A DNA stretch of 64,000 nucleotides from Eledone cirrhosa (Eukaryota): assembly GCA_964016885.1 (NCBI GenBank), contig OZ024740.1:224564001-224628000 (forward strand). The letters are read 5' to 3'. A model generated the notes under the pieces. That model had not been told where the DNA came from. It worked only from the letters and a program-made list of their open reading frames with translations, and did no database searches. This document shows positions 51,421 to 64,000 of the stretch, piece by piece. A program made the position numbers and the translations under genes. Position 1 is the first letter of the stretch. Each line of letters starts with the position of its first letter.

Positions 51421-54077
51421 ACTACTGGGGTCGTCTTTAAGTCCCCCTCCCCCAAACGTTGTTGCCTGGAGTAACCCATCCTTGCAACATATTAATAGAT
51501 TCTGTTTACTTTTATATTGAATTAAAATTGCAATAGCTTTTAATATATTCTTTTGTTATGTGTTTGTAATATATTAGTCACTAATTCACTGCACTTCTAA
51601 TGGTGAGAATGACGTCAGTGCATCTGTGATTCAGTGAAAGAAAAATTGCAAAATGACACAATTGGATCAAACCCTGTAAAACGTGCTTGTAAAGCAAAAT
51701 TCTTACTGAGCCAAGGAGCTCAAATATATGGTTACATTTTGAAAACCGCTATAAATATTCTTCCACATTCATTTAAAGTTCACCAACATCACCATTAACA
51801 TCCCCATCATCTGTTTCTCTATGTTCAATATGTTTACTGTTAAATCAGGGAGAGGGGGTCAGTTAACATGACACTTTTCTGAGTATCTGAGACTGATGGG
51901 GGGGGGGGGGGGGGCTAAGGCAGAAGGGCATTATTCTCAAACTGAGGTCTAGGCCTGAATGCATGCAAAAGAGGGGGCTCTGCTAAAGGCACATACAAAC
52001 CAGGTGGTAGTGTTAAACTGGGCAACATATTAAAAATGTTTTGGATGTGTCTTTTAAAGCAAGTGTTGTTACTTTTCGTTATCCCCTGTCATCGTTTTTA
52101 TGAGGTTCAGCTTCTTGACGGGAACATTTACCCCTTGCCTTCCCATTTTTTCCATGGCAAATATTTCAAGAGCTGGAAGTCATCAGTAAAACTTTGTGAT
52201 TACTAAACAATTTTTAAAAGGTATAAATATTAAAATTCTAAATATTATAAATTTTTTTTTTAGCATGTAATATACTCAAACATTAATTAACATACCTAAA
52301 ACGTTAAATTGGTACCTCTACCTGTACGTTAATAGTACTTATTGTTAATGGCACTACAAATACAGAAGACTTAGTTGAACTAGAAAGATTTTGAAACAAG
52401 TAGTGCTATGCATGTATGTATGGTCCTGTAACTCCTGGGGCATTTGTAGGGGCGCCATATTGACATATGGAAATTTGGGGGTATTTTAAAACTTGGTGGG
52501 ACCTATTCCTCTCCAGGCCAGAGTACAGCAGATTTCTTCTGGAGAATGACGGAAATAGTGAGAGAATAAAAATCAGACAGAAATATAGAGGAAGAATCTA
52601 CCCAGTACATATTTTAACAACCTCAAATAGATGAAAGGCAAAGTTGATCTCCGTGGGATTGGAACTAAGAGAGCACATAGAGCTGGAACAAATATCACAA
52701 ACTATTCTATACATTGTTCTTACTCTGCCAATTCCCTGCCTAGTAGTGTCATATTAAAATATTAAAGCATTTACTATAAAGTACTTGTTCGGTTTTTATT
52801 TGTCTCAGAATCTCCACAACCTATACTTTATTTAAGTTAATTATTATTTATAAGTATATACCTTGTTCTACCATTGAAAATAAAATACTTAATTTTGGGG
52901 CAAGTTTAATTAGAGCATTCATTATAATTAAATTTTCTAGCCACCTTAATTAGAATTTTATTTTTGTTATTGATGTTATTGTTATTTAACGAATTTAAAA
53001 GAGGACATTTTTTAAATTGTTCCAACATATATTTCTAACTAAAGCTTTGCCAAAAGATAGTTATGATGATATTTTTCCATTAACAAGTCTACAATTTAAT
53101 TTAAATTGGCTCAGTAAAGAAAAAATATATTCTAAATTGCAAAGATATTAAAATAAGAAGAAACACAAATAAATACTGAGTGAGTTTTGTTGATGGTCAG
53201 CTTATTCTAATTGTTTTATATTGGCAATTCATTGTTATTTGTGTCCTATTATGCTATATTTAGGTAATCTTAGAGAGAAATTTAGGTCAATAAAACATTG
53301 AGTGAAGTAACTGAACTAAAGAAACAAGTAATTACAATATAACAATATATATATATGTGTGTGTGTGTGAGATTACTCTTGAGTGCTACTGGTATCATGT
53401 AAACCAGTACAACCTGTTGCATGATTGGTTCGTCGGTGACTAAGCTGGCAAACCCACCAGGTTTACTTGGTGAGGAGGGTGATTTTGGACACCCTGCAGG
53501 ACAAAAAACAAAACCTGACAAAGGGTGGAAGAACACATAAGAGTCAACGACCATCCAAAAGTGTGTAAATATGTATATACACACCTACATATATATGTAT
53601 ATATGCATATGCATGTGTGCATGTGTATGTATATGCGCGAGGACATCGAAATAGTCGGGTTGGATAACTGATCACGCGGTTAAACCACTGGGAGTGAAGG
53701 ACTCCTAGGCTTTGTTAGGGCATTCTTCTAGGAGAAGGCAACTCAGGAAACTGGGATAACTCCAACATAAAACTTGCGGCTCAGTAGTTACCGATGATGT
53801 TGATCTTTTCTTCTTTTCCGGTTATAGCTAGTGTCGCTCAGAGAGTGGGATTGGCTCAGTGAACGGTCTTTTCTCACTTCAAAAAAAAATCTTGATGCAC
53901 AGGCATTGAACTAATTAATAATTATTAATAACGGCATATCGTGCAATGGCCATACTCGATAACGAGGGGGCAGCCATCATATGTATACACACATGTGTAT
54001 GTGTGTGTGTGTGTATATATATGTATGTGTATATATATACATATGTATATATATAAATATATGTATATATATATATA

Positions 54078-54891
54078 GAAATTACATGAATCAAAGTTCT
54101 GTTCAAATCATTTATTCGCTTACAATTGTTTGGAGTCTTCGGAGCAATTTTTCAATGATTGTTTACATACATGACCTCCTTTCCAACACAAGAGACATAC
54201 AGAAACATATGTATATATATGCACAGTGGGTTGACATCCATTATAATATTTAAGCATGGCAGTTTACATTCAAAGATTAAAGTCATATTAAAAGAAAATT
54301 ACAACAAAATTAAAGTTATAATACAACATTGGCAGTTTACGAAGATGATGCAGGAGGATAGTTAGAAGTAGTTAGTGTATGCGATAGTTACACGTGGGGC
54401 ATGCACGTGTGTCCTATTTATATAAGATTATAGCGCGGTAATGTGTTATATGGAATATAAGAACTTTAAGCGGGCAATCAAGAGTATGATGGGGGTTGTA
54501 TAGTATTTTATATGTATGATATAGAAGCTTGTGTGCAGAGAAATATTTAAAATATTAAGAATGAGAAGCAAAACAGTGTTATGGTTTTTCGTATACACCA
54601 CCATTTTCACAATCCAGGAAACGTAATATATAGATTATATGTCCTTCACATAATCTACGATGATTCAATATTGGGTGCTTGATGAATTAGGTTGGAATAT
54701 TACAGCTTGTTGTTCTTTAATCCAATATTATAGAGCAGGTTGTTTTTGTTGTGAGGCTTAACATCGTATTATTTTCCGGAAGTGTGTGTGTGATTAAGGG
54801 GAGTTAATGCGTGAGGGGAGGTAACTCGGTTTGGAAGAAACAATTGTAAGCTAATAAATGATTTGAACAGAACTTTGATTCATGTAATTTC
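54078..54891. mobile_element. Non-coding TA-adjacent element with 54 bp inverted terminal duplication (PLE-like architecture)
   Basis: gaaattacatgaatc...acaattgttt (54078-54131) is the reverse complement of 54838-54891 (1 mismatch). Confidence 0.55.
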
Positions 54892-55072
54892 TATATAACT
54901 GCTCCGTAGAACAACTGATGTTATTACATTGAGCTATTTATCTTACTGGTAATAAGGTAGTAATAAATTACTGTCTTTCACTGTTTAGGGTTTTAAATAT
55001 ATATAAATATAAAAGGTTTTAGTATATACCTAACCATAAATAGTATCCTTAATACTATATATATATATATAT

Positions 55073-55109
<37 letters not shown>

Positions 55110-55127
<18 letters not shown>

Positions 55128-56131
55128 TGTAGTTCCTGTCTGTTTTTTTGTTTGTTTGTTTGTTCACGAACCCCACCTATGGTTTTAGAGATAGACCACC
55201 ATAACCATATATATTCTGCAACTACATTGCCCAGGGTACTTGGATAAGTATATTTTATTTTAATCAAAGGGTTCCCCGAGAGCACAAACCCCCGCAGAAG
55301 ACTCCTGCTGAAAATGTTATTCCCTTCGATTCATATGAAATTTAAACCATAGGTAAATGACAAGATATGATGCCTATTCTCAAAATCTCAGCAAAGTTCA
55401 ATAATATTAAGAGAGCATAATGGGGGTTACAAACCCTATAGTGAAATTTTGGTCAATAAATGGAACAAGATGTGTTGTAATAAGAATGCACGAGAACTTG
55501 ATTGAAGCAACCATTATATTTGGGACTTACAAAATCAAGCTCTTCTCATTCTGAGGATTCCACTTATACCAAGTAATATCGAGTTGCCTCCCAATGAGGC
55601 CATGCTTTGCCATGAGCCTCAATAAGAGTGAAGATCAAACTTTCAAAACTATTGGTATAGATCTGAGAAACCCATGTTTCAGTCATGGTATGTTTTATGT
55701 GGCTGTTTCAAGGGCTGGAACTTCAAAAAATCTCTACATTTTAGCTAATCTGAGAAAGACAAGAAATGTTGTTTACCCTGAAGTTCTTCATTAGGACAAT
55801 GTATTTATTATTTTAAAATATAAATAATTAAACTTTGAATTTCTAATATGAAAATAATGCTTTACAATAAAATGATATGAAGTTTTGAATTGATATTTTG
55901 AAAAATATTATTTACAATAAACAAAATAAGAATAAGATTTAATAATGTAATTTTGATTTGATATATTACGGAAAAAAATGTTTTCCAATCTTTCATGCAT
56001 TACATTTTACATTGAGTAATATTGAAATGCAGAGTTTTTCTCCATAAATCATATCACTGATTTAAAATCAATCATCATCTTCTTACAAAAAGAATGTGTG
56101 AAATGCAGCAAGGCGTGGGTAATTCGGCTAG
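55110..56131 (+). mobile_element. Internally deleted Helitron retaining the Pif1 helicase C-terminus
   Basis: NGTRCVV..LIEATI and RPCFAMSLNKSEDQT...SHGMFYVAVSR...RNVVYPEVL (55594..55794). The 3' end is gcagcaaggcgtggg...CTAG|T at 56128-56132. The 5' end merges with (TA)n, so the start is approximate. Confidence 0.8.
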
Positions 56132-56175
56132 TTTATATATATATAATTATGTAATAAACAACATAAGATAATTAT

Positions 56176-56234
56176 TTCATTTACCAGTGGTTTCTTGAAG
56201 ACATGCTGTGTCTGTCTTCAGTCGTCAAAATGAA
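56176..56234 (-). ncRNA. Variant hammerhead ribozyme motif (TTGACGA core)
   Basis: Minus: ttcatt-TTGACGA-c-tgaagaca-gacacagca-tgtcttca-a-GAAA-cc-act-gg-TA-aatgaa. Stem I is 6 bp and stem II is 8 bp. Confidence 0.6.
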
Positions 56235-56765
56235 TAAAAAAACATGGTGTATTTATTAATATGGATTTGAAAACAAAATTTCGGAAATATGAAAGTGAGG
56301 CTGAAAAAAAGGGGGAAAATATATATATATATATATATATAAAAATATAAATGTCCAGAACGTAAACATACACACACACAAATACGCGCATATACTAAAA
56401 AGTACGTAGACGTATACTTTCTCATATAAGCGTATTTGCGTCATCATAGAAATACGGACAGGAACATAAATACATACACAGATATATACATAAATACATA
56501 CACATACATATACACAGATATATATGCACTCAAAAATGTACACACGAATACGGACAGTGGTTAGGAAGCAGGAATAACTAAATAAATAAATAAGAACAAA
56601 AGATCCCCCCAAAATATATATAAATAAGAAAGTTAAAAAGAAAATCAAAAACAAAATCAAAGTAAAGTAAAAAGAGGGAGATGTGTTGACAACGATAGGA
56701 GTGTGGGGGAGGGGGAATGAATAAAAACAATTTAAATATAAACAAATAAACAAGATATGCATAAC

Positions 56766-56799
<34 letters not shown>

Positions 56800-57045
56800 T
56801 ACATACACATATACACATATACATGCATACATACCTATACACACATGCAAACACACACACGTATATATGTGTATGTATATATATATAAAATAAATATACA
56901 TACACATACATGTGCATACATATACACACACATATATATATAAAATGGGGTGCTGCGTGGTTGCACATGGTTTACATATGAATAAAATTAGTCCTTCATC
57001 AGTGATCTTCCAACCTTCATTGGTATTTCATCGCTTTAACGATTA

Positions 57046-57596
57046 TATACCTCTGGTTGGTGCGAGCAATAACTAAAGAAAGTTATTGGGACACGTAAAA
57101 TAGGGTGAAGCGAGCGAGACATGTAAATAAACATAGATGGTAATGCAACGGAAAGAGAGGAAGAGGAGAAACAAGTTCGTGATATCTATGAACTTAAGTT
57201 CGGTGAAATCATAGACGAGAGGTAAAGGCCATCCGACCTGGGCGAGATGTGAGCTAGAAAAGGATTTCACACACGTCAAACGGGAGGAAGTGAGAGAGGG
57301 GAGAAGCAGAGAATGAATGAGTGAGTGAAAGGGCGAGGAAGAGGCCAGCTGAGAGAGAGTGACTGGCTATACCTCTGGTTGGTGCGAGCAATAACTAAAA
57401 ATAAGTTATTGGGACAGGTAAATTAGGGTTAAGCGAGCGAGACATGTAAACAAACGGAGATGGTAATGCAACAGAAAGATAGGAAGAGGAGAAACAAATC
57501 CGTGATATCTATGAACTTAAGTTCGGTGAAATCATAGACGAGAGGTAAAGACCATCCGAACTGCGTGAGATGTGAGCGAGAAAAGGATTTCACACA
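57046..57596. repeat. Direct repeat of ~228 bp separated by a purine-rich spacer
   Basis: 57046-57273 and 57368-57596 align end to end with scattered substitutions. Confidence 0.9.
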
Positions 57597-57621
57597 TATG
57601 TATATATATATATATATACCG

Positions 57622-57684
<63 letters not shown>

Positions 57685-57688
57685 GTAT

Positions 57689-57720
<32 letters not shown>

Positions 57721-57727
57721 TACATAT

Positions 57728-57770
<43 letters not shown>

Positions 57771-58034
57771 ACACACACATAATACACATCCACATGCATA
57801 CACATACAAAAACACTACAATAAAATAGAAAAATGAATCTCAAAGGTACATAACCCACGTACATACGTACACATAAGCGTGCGCACACACGCACGCAATA
57901 AGAAATCAACACACGCATACAAATAAACATATACGTAAATACACACACATATATACAGATATATACACATATACACAAAGACATATATACAAACACATGT
58001 ATACATATATACAAATACATATAAACAAATATGT

Positions 58035-58091
<57 letters not shown>

Positions 58092-58100
58092 AACACACAC

Positions 58101-58167
<67 letters not shown>

Positions 58168-58189
58168 AATATATATATACACACACACA

Positions 58190-60727
58190 TACACATAAAT
58201 GTAAAAACCCGTATATATGTAAGTACACATAAGCCTGTTTGCATATGCACCGACATATAACCTTATGTGAGTACACTTAAAACCCTAGTGGATAAGGAAG
58301 GCCAAAGGGGAGTAAAACTGCACTAAAAGAAATAATAAAAACAACTATTAAGAACAGGTAACGAAGAAAAGGGGTGTAAATGTTGTAGTAGAGAGTAAAT
58401 GTTTGTGGTGAGATCTGGATAAGGGTATATAGTTAAAAAGTGATCTGGGTAAAGGATAAAGGTAGTGGGTGTGTATGTATCAAAGGTATGGTAGATAGTA
58501 GGGGGTTTATATAAGTCAAATGATGTATAGAGAGAGATGAGGGAGAAAAAATATATATTGGTAGAAAGTATGTGTTCATAAGGTAATGAAATTTGTAGTG
58601 AGTGGAAGGCGTGATAAGTAAAGAAGAAGCTCAAGGTGGTCGTATGTTAATCCAGTTAAAAAGTAGATGCGATTTCAGGTGCGGACAACATCTAAAGATC
58701 ACGGTCTTAGAGTTGAGACAAGTGGTAGGGGTTTTCAAGTTTTGGAGAATTCTAAATTTTTCAGTACTACACAAAGAACATTTCTTTGTGCTCCTTTGGT
58801 ATTCCCTTGAATGGTCTAAATTGAACTATGACTGACTTATTTCAATGGTTAAATACTTCCTGTTATTTCTTGGTTTAATAACATACAAGGAAAAAATAAA
58901 TGTAGATTTACCCAAATTGATATTGTTGATTTTTACCCCTTTATTAGTGAATCCTTATTAATAAAAGCTTTAGATTTTGCTAGACTTTTCATTAATATTT
59001 CTAAATTAGTAGAAGTCGTTATCTTTCAGGCTAGGAAAAAAATACTCTTTGCTAATGAAGGTACTTGGGTTAAAAAATCAGGCCCTGAAAACTCATTTGA
59101 TGTTGCAATGTGCTCATATGATAGTGCCGATGTGTGCGACTTAGTAGGATTATTTCTCCTCCACACCATTAAAGAGAAATTTCCTTGCCAAAATATCGGT
59201 TTATACCGAGACGACGGTTTGGAAGTTTCTCATACCACCAACGGCCATAACCTTGATAAATTCCGTAAAGACTTAGTCAATACGTTTGCTAACTTAAAAC
59301 TTAAAATTACTATAGATACGAATCTTACTAATACTAACTTTCTTGAATCAATCTTGACCTACATACCACCTCCTTTAAACCTTATCATAAATCTAATGAA
59401 AATTTAAGATATATACACAAAGAGTCATGCCATCCCCTATAGTCTTTAAAAATCTTATTCCTAATATTAGCCGTAGGATTTCTACCTTATCTTCGTCTAT
59501 AGACATTTTTAACCAAGCCGTCCCTTATAATAAAGCCCTCAATAACAGCGGCTTCACCGAACATATTAAGTATTTATCCACTCCTTGTTCTAACACTAAA
59601 CACAATAACAGGAAAAGAAAAATTATTTGGTTCACACACCCCTCTCTCTAACTGTTAAAACTAACGTAGCGAGAAAATTCCTCGACCTCCTTGACAAATA
59701 TAGATATAATAATATATTCAATAGAAATGTAGTTAAAATCTGTTACTCTTGTTGCCCATCAATGAAAACTAAAATTACCAACTCTAATGGTACTAGAGTA
59801 AATCCAGGATGCAATTGCAGGAAGCCGGAAGAATGCCCGTTAGAGGGTAAATGTAATACCAAATCTATTGTGTATGGGGCCAAATTGGTACCAATGATTA
59901 ATAACCGGCCAGCAAGGGGTGAACGATATGTTGGCATGACTCAGGACCCATTTAAAACCAGGTATTATGTATATGTGGCTTCTTTCAAACACCCTGAAAA
60001 AAGAACAGCAACGGCGCTGGCAAATATAGTGTGGGAGTTTAAAGACAAAAACATTCCGTACACTATTGATTGGTCTATTTTAGACCATTTAAGAGACTAC
60101 CAAAGGAGCACAAAGAAATGTTCTTTGTGTACTACTGAAAAATTTAGAATTCTCCAAATCTTGAAAACCCCTACCACTTGTCTCAACTCTAAATCGAGAT
60201 CTTTAGAAGTCTGCACCTGAAATCGCATCTACTTTTTAACTAGATTAACATACGAACGATTACTCAACCACCTTGAGCTTCTTCTTTACTTATCACGCCT
60301 TCCACTCAATACCAATTTCATTACCTTATGAACACATAATTTTACCAATATATACTTTTTCTCCCTCATCTCTCTCTATATATGATTTGACTAATATGCC
60401 CCCTCTACTATCTACCATACCTTTAATACATACACATCCACTACCTTTATCCTTTACCCAAATCACTTTTTAACTATATAACCTTATCCAGATCTCATCA
60501 CAAACACTTACTCTCCACTACAACCTTTATACCCCTTTTCTTCCTTACCTGTTCTTAATAATTGATTTTATTATTTTATATTAGTTCAGTTTTACTCCCC
60601 TTTGGACTTACTCATCCACTAGGTTTTTAGGTGTACTAACATAAGGTTAAATGTGGGCGCATATGCAAACAGGCTTATGTGTACTTACATATATACGGGT
60701 TTTTTACATTTATATGTATGTGTGTGG
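58190..60727 (+). mobile_element. Penelope-like element, Hydra-clade-like, with ~640 bp inverted 3' duplication
   Basis: DIVDFYP, FDVAMCSYDSADVCDLVG, LYRDDG, RKRKIIWF, CNCRKPEECPLEGKC, YVGMTQDPFKTR and CSLCTTE in shifting frames 58830-60220. Segment 58190-58826 is a diverged reverse complement of 60072-60727. Confidence 0.92.
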
Positions 60728-60729
60728 GT

Positions 60730-60835
<106 letters not shown>

Positions 60836-60848
60836 TTGTATATATATA

Positions 60849-63549
60849 GTAATAATAATAAATTTGAAGACTAAAATCCAAAGAGAGCTCGATAAGGATA
60901 AATATATTTCAAATATATAAGAACCGTAGAGCAAATATTTATTAAAATAACAAATTAAAGTTTAAGCGAAGAATCGCTGCTTTCACCCTTTACGGGATCT
61001 TCTGAAACTAACAAAGTCAATCTGTCAACGCAGAAGTGAATATTTCAAAAAACGTTGCAACCGGAGGAAGACTGGAAGACGATACATTGGTTCGTGGAAA
61101 CGTTCCCTGGCAAAGAACGTGAAAAAACGAATATAATACGTCATCATTTTTAGCGGTGAAAAACAATTACACGCAAAGATAAAACCATGTTTATGATATA
61201 AAAGAAGTCGTAGACTAGTATTCTATTAGGTGGTTCATAGAGACATTCTCTGGCAATGAACGGAAAAAACGTCATATGTAGAGTGGGCAGAACAATTGCA
61301 CGCAAAGACAAAACCACATAAATGGTATAACTGAAGTCGTAGACTAAAATTCTAACTGAGAAACCGAATGATTCTCGGCTTCAGCGTTAAGAATAAAGTA
61401 AATAAAATACAGAGGTATTTGAAATTAAATAAATACATACACGCATCCATACACGTACATACACAAGCATACGCGAAAACACTCGCCGTAGGTATACAAA
61501 TACACGCTAGTACAAAAAAAAACAAAAACAAAAACCCGCACGCACATACAGAACCCACGCAACGCCTGTACCCGCACGCATACGAATGTATACACCAAAT
61601 ACACATAAAAATATATATTAAAAAAGAAAATATATATATATATATGTGTGTGTGCGTGTAAACATAATTAAATAAACGTATATAAATAAATAAATACGTA
61701 TATAACAAGCGCACACACATACGTACATGTAAATACACATATGTGTGGAGACGACCGTCAACCAAAACGCAAAGTTCACATGTACACACACCCTACATAC
61801 GTACTAACCCACATACTCACACAGACGCAAAACCTACGTTTACACATAGCCAAAAGCATATGTACCGGAATATATAATATATACGCCATAACATATACAA
61901 TCAAATATACGTACGAGAAAGTATACATACCTTCACAAAACATACAGGTAATATATACTTACCTATACAAATAAGTAATGGTATAAACATAACATATACT
62001 TAGCTACCACATCAAGACGTAAAATATCCGCGTATAGTTCGTACTATCCGTTAGGGTATTATGTGGGGTTATAATACAGGAAAGTTTTGTACAATTTATG
62101 TTTACAAGCCGAAATTGCCTCAGATTTTTTGTTTAAGATGTCGTCTTTGGCGCAGAGTCTTTCCAAGGCCTCAGCGGCGCAGAGGTCACATGGTCTTTTA
62201 TTTCCGTTATACGATCTATCCCTAGCTAGCATCTCCCAGTGTAACTTATATTGGGTGTGGTTGTCTTTTAGACTCCAGATATAAGCTGAAAGTGACGTCA
62301 TATTCCTTCTTAAAGGGTAACGAAAAGAATGGGTATGCATGTAAAGACGCTGCTTAAATCTATTGGTGGTTAACCCTATGTAGGCCCTACGGGACGTGGG
62401 TGTTTCAACCTTACATTTGTAAACAATGTTACTAGAGAGGCATTTCCCGGATAGGGGGCAGTCAACCCGATTCCTACGATTACAGTTAGTACTAACTACA
62501 GGGTTGCACATGTTCCTACGACTAGCTAGTTTAGCTAAATTTGAAGCTGTGATATTATGTGCAAGGTTGGGAGTCGTAGAGTAAGAAATTAATAGTATTT
62601 CTATTAAAAATGTTACTATATTTATGTGTAGGGGGAAAATGCTTCATAATAAGGGAGAGAAAGAAAGATCTTAGCTAATGGTGTGGCAACCTCCATATTA
62701 TATGGTGGGTTATACCATATAATGTGTCGGGATCTATTTTTCTAGGTCTATTCTCGTACTCTGTATATGCTACCTTATTGAGAAATATATTCCGAACAAG
62801 AGCTTCATTGTAATATGAGGAATGGTCGTTGAAAATATGCTCGTTAGTAGATAGACGGGAAAGCCTCAAAGAAACGTTTCTTACCAGGTTCTTGATTATG
62901 CTGGCAGGATGGTTAGAATGCTTATTTATGTAATTAAGCGTATCATTCCGCTTTCTATACGGGTATTGCGAGCTATTCGATAAAGAGAGGGTAACGTCGA
63001 GGTAATTAACGACCGAGAGGTTGGCCTCAACCTGTATGGAGAAGTTGAAACCTTTAAAGAAGGCTGTGAGTTATTTTATGAACCCGTCGCAAACACGTGG
63101 GCCGCACATAGTCATGGTCAAAAGAGCATCATCACGGTACAAACCACCGCCCACTTTGGGGAATTCTTCCTTGATAGAGAAAAGAAGGAAAAGGCCGTTA
63201 AGATCAGTAACATCCGCAGAATCTATGGCGCCCATACTCACGTCGAATGGGGTACTATTAGATTTTTTAATCCAAATAGAGTCGTCGAAATTAATCACCG
63301 ACTTACGGGCATTGAGGATGACATCAACTTCGAAATCCTTAACCACCGTGAGTGTTTTAGCGAAATTGATAACTCTAAGGAGAAGTGGTAAAGTGATGGA
63401 GGAGTAGTAATTATTGATGTCGAATTGGATAAAACGGCAATATTCATTGTTGCATATGCCGTTGAACCAATCAATCACCGCGAAAGAAAGGGGTTCTCCT
63501 ACATTGATATAAAGTAGTGGCCGTACTCGAAAACGAGTTGGCATCCACC
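60849..63549 (-). mobile_element. Penelope-like element, Hydra-clade-like, 5'-truncated
   Basis: FIQFDINNYY, FDVSMGAIDSA, LYRDDAL, NYLDVTL, CNRRNRVDCPLSGKC, IVYKCKV..AYIGLTTNRFKQR and CDLCAAE, then ~1.2 kb of 3' UTR. Microsatellites at both ends. Confidence 0.92.
60959..61009 (-). ncRNA. Variant hammerhead ribozyme motif (CAGAAGA core) at the 3' end of the PLE, on its sense strand
   Basis: Minus: agttt-CAGAAGA-t-ccc-gtaaa-ggg-t-GAAA-gc-agcgattcttc-gc-TT-aaact. Confidence 0.65.
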
Positions 63550-64000
63550 ATATATATATGTATATATATATATTTATATATATATGTATGTATATGTGTG
63601 TATATATGTATATATGTAAATATGTGGGTATAGGTGTGTATGTGTGGATATAGATATGTATGGATATGTGTGTATATGATTATGTGCATATGTGTAATTG
63701 TGTATTTAGGTTTGCATCTATTTGTGCCTATGTATATTTTTGGTTGGATATCAATATAACTACCTCTCTCTATATATAGTGTGGATCTATGCACTTTTTA
63801 ATCTATCAAATTTATGTGTTTTAACTATGCCAACATGTATTTATCTGAGTTTGATTATTTATGCATAAACATACTTGATAATATTTTAGAGCGTATCATT
63901 TCTGAATTATACTAAGTGCAATTTGCCACACCGTACTATATTGTGTTGGTTAAGTTGTATATTATCACATTACTGTATTTCATTATCTTATTATAATTTT

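Overview
AT-rich animal genomic DNA. The SINE/RTE repertoire and the (TA)n/(CA)n density suggest a cephalopod such as Octopus, which is an inference. No host protein-coding gene, rRNA, tRNA gene or CRISPR array is supportable, and most ORF-track entries are microsatellite artefacts. The window is almost entirely mobile DNA. (1) At least six Penelope-like retroelements (PLEs; RT and/or GIY-YIG) from several families, most sitting in (TA)n tracts with inverted terminal duplications. (2) A full-length 6.6 kb Helitron (5' TC, 3' hairpin-CTAG, disrupted RepHel) plus several non-autonomous Helitrons. (3) Degraded RTE and CR1-type LINE fragments, tRNA-derived SINEs, a mariner-type MITE and a foldback element. 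The most striking unannotated layer is RNA structure: about a dozen type-I hammerhead ribozyme (HHR) motifs on both strands. These include a ~445 bp non-coding palindromic element, present twice, with an HHR on each arm, and a variant HHR with a CAGAAGA core shared by two copies. All folds and alignments were read by eye and were not computed.
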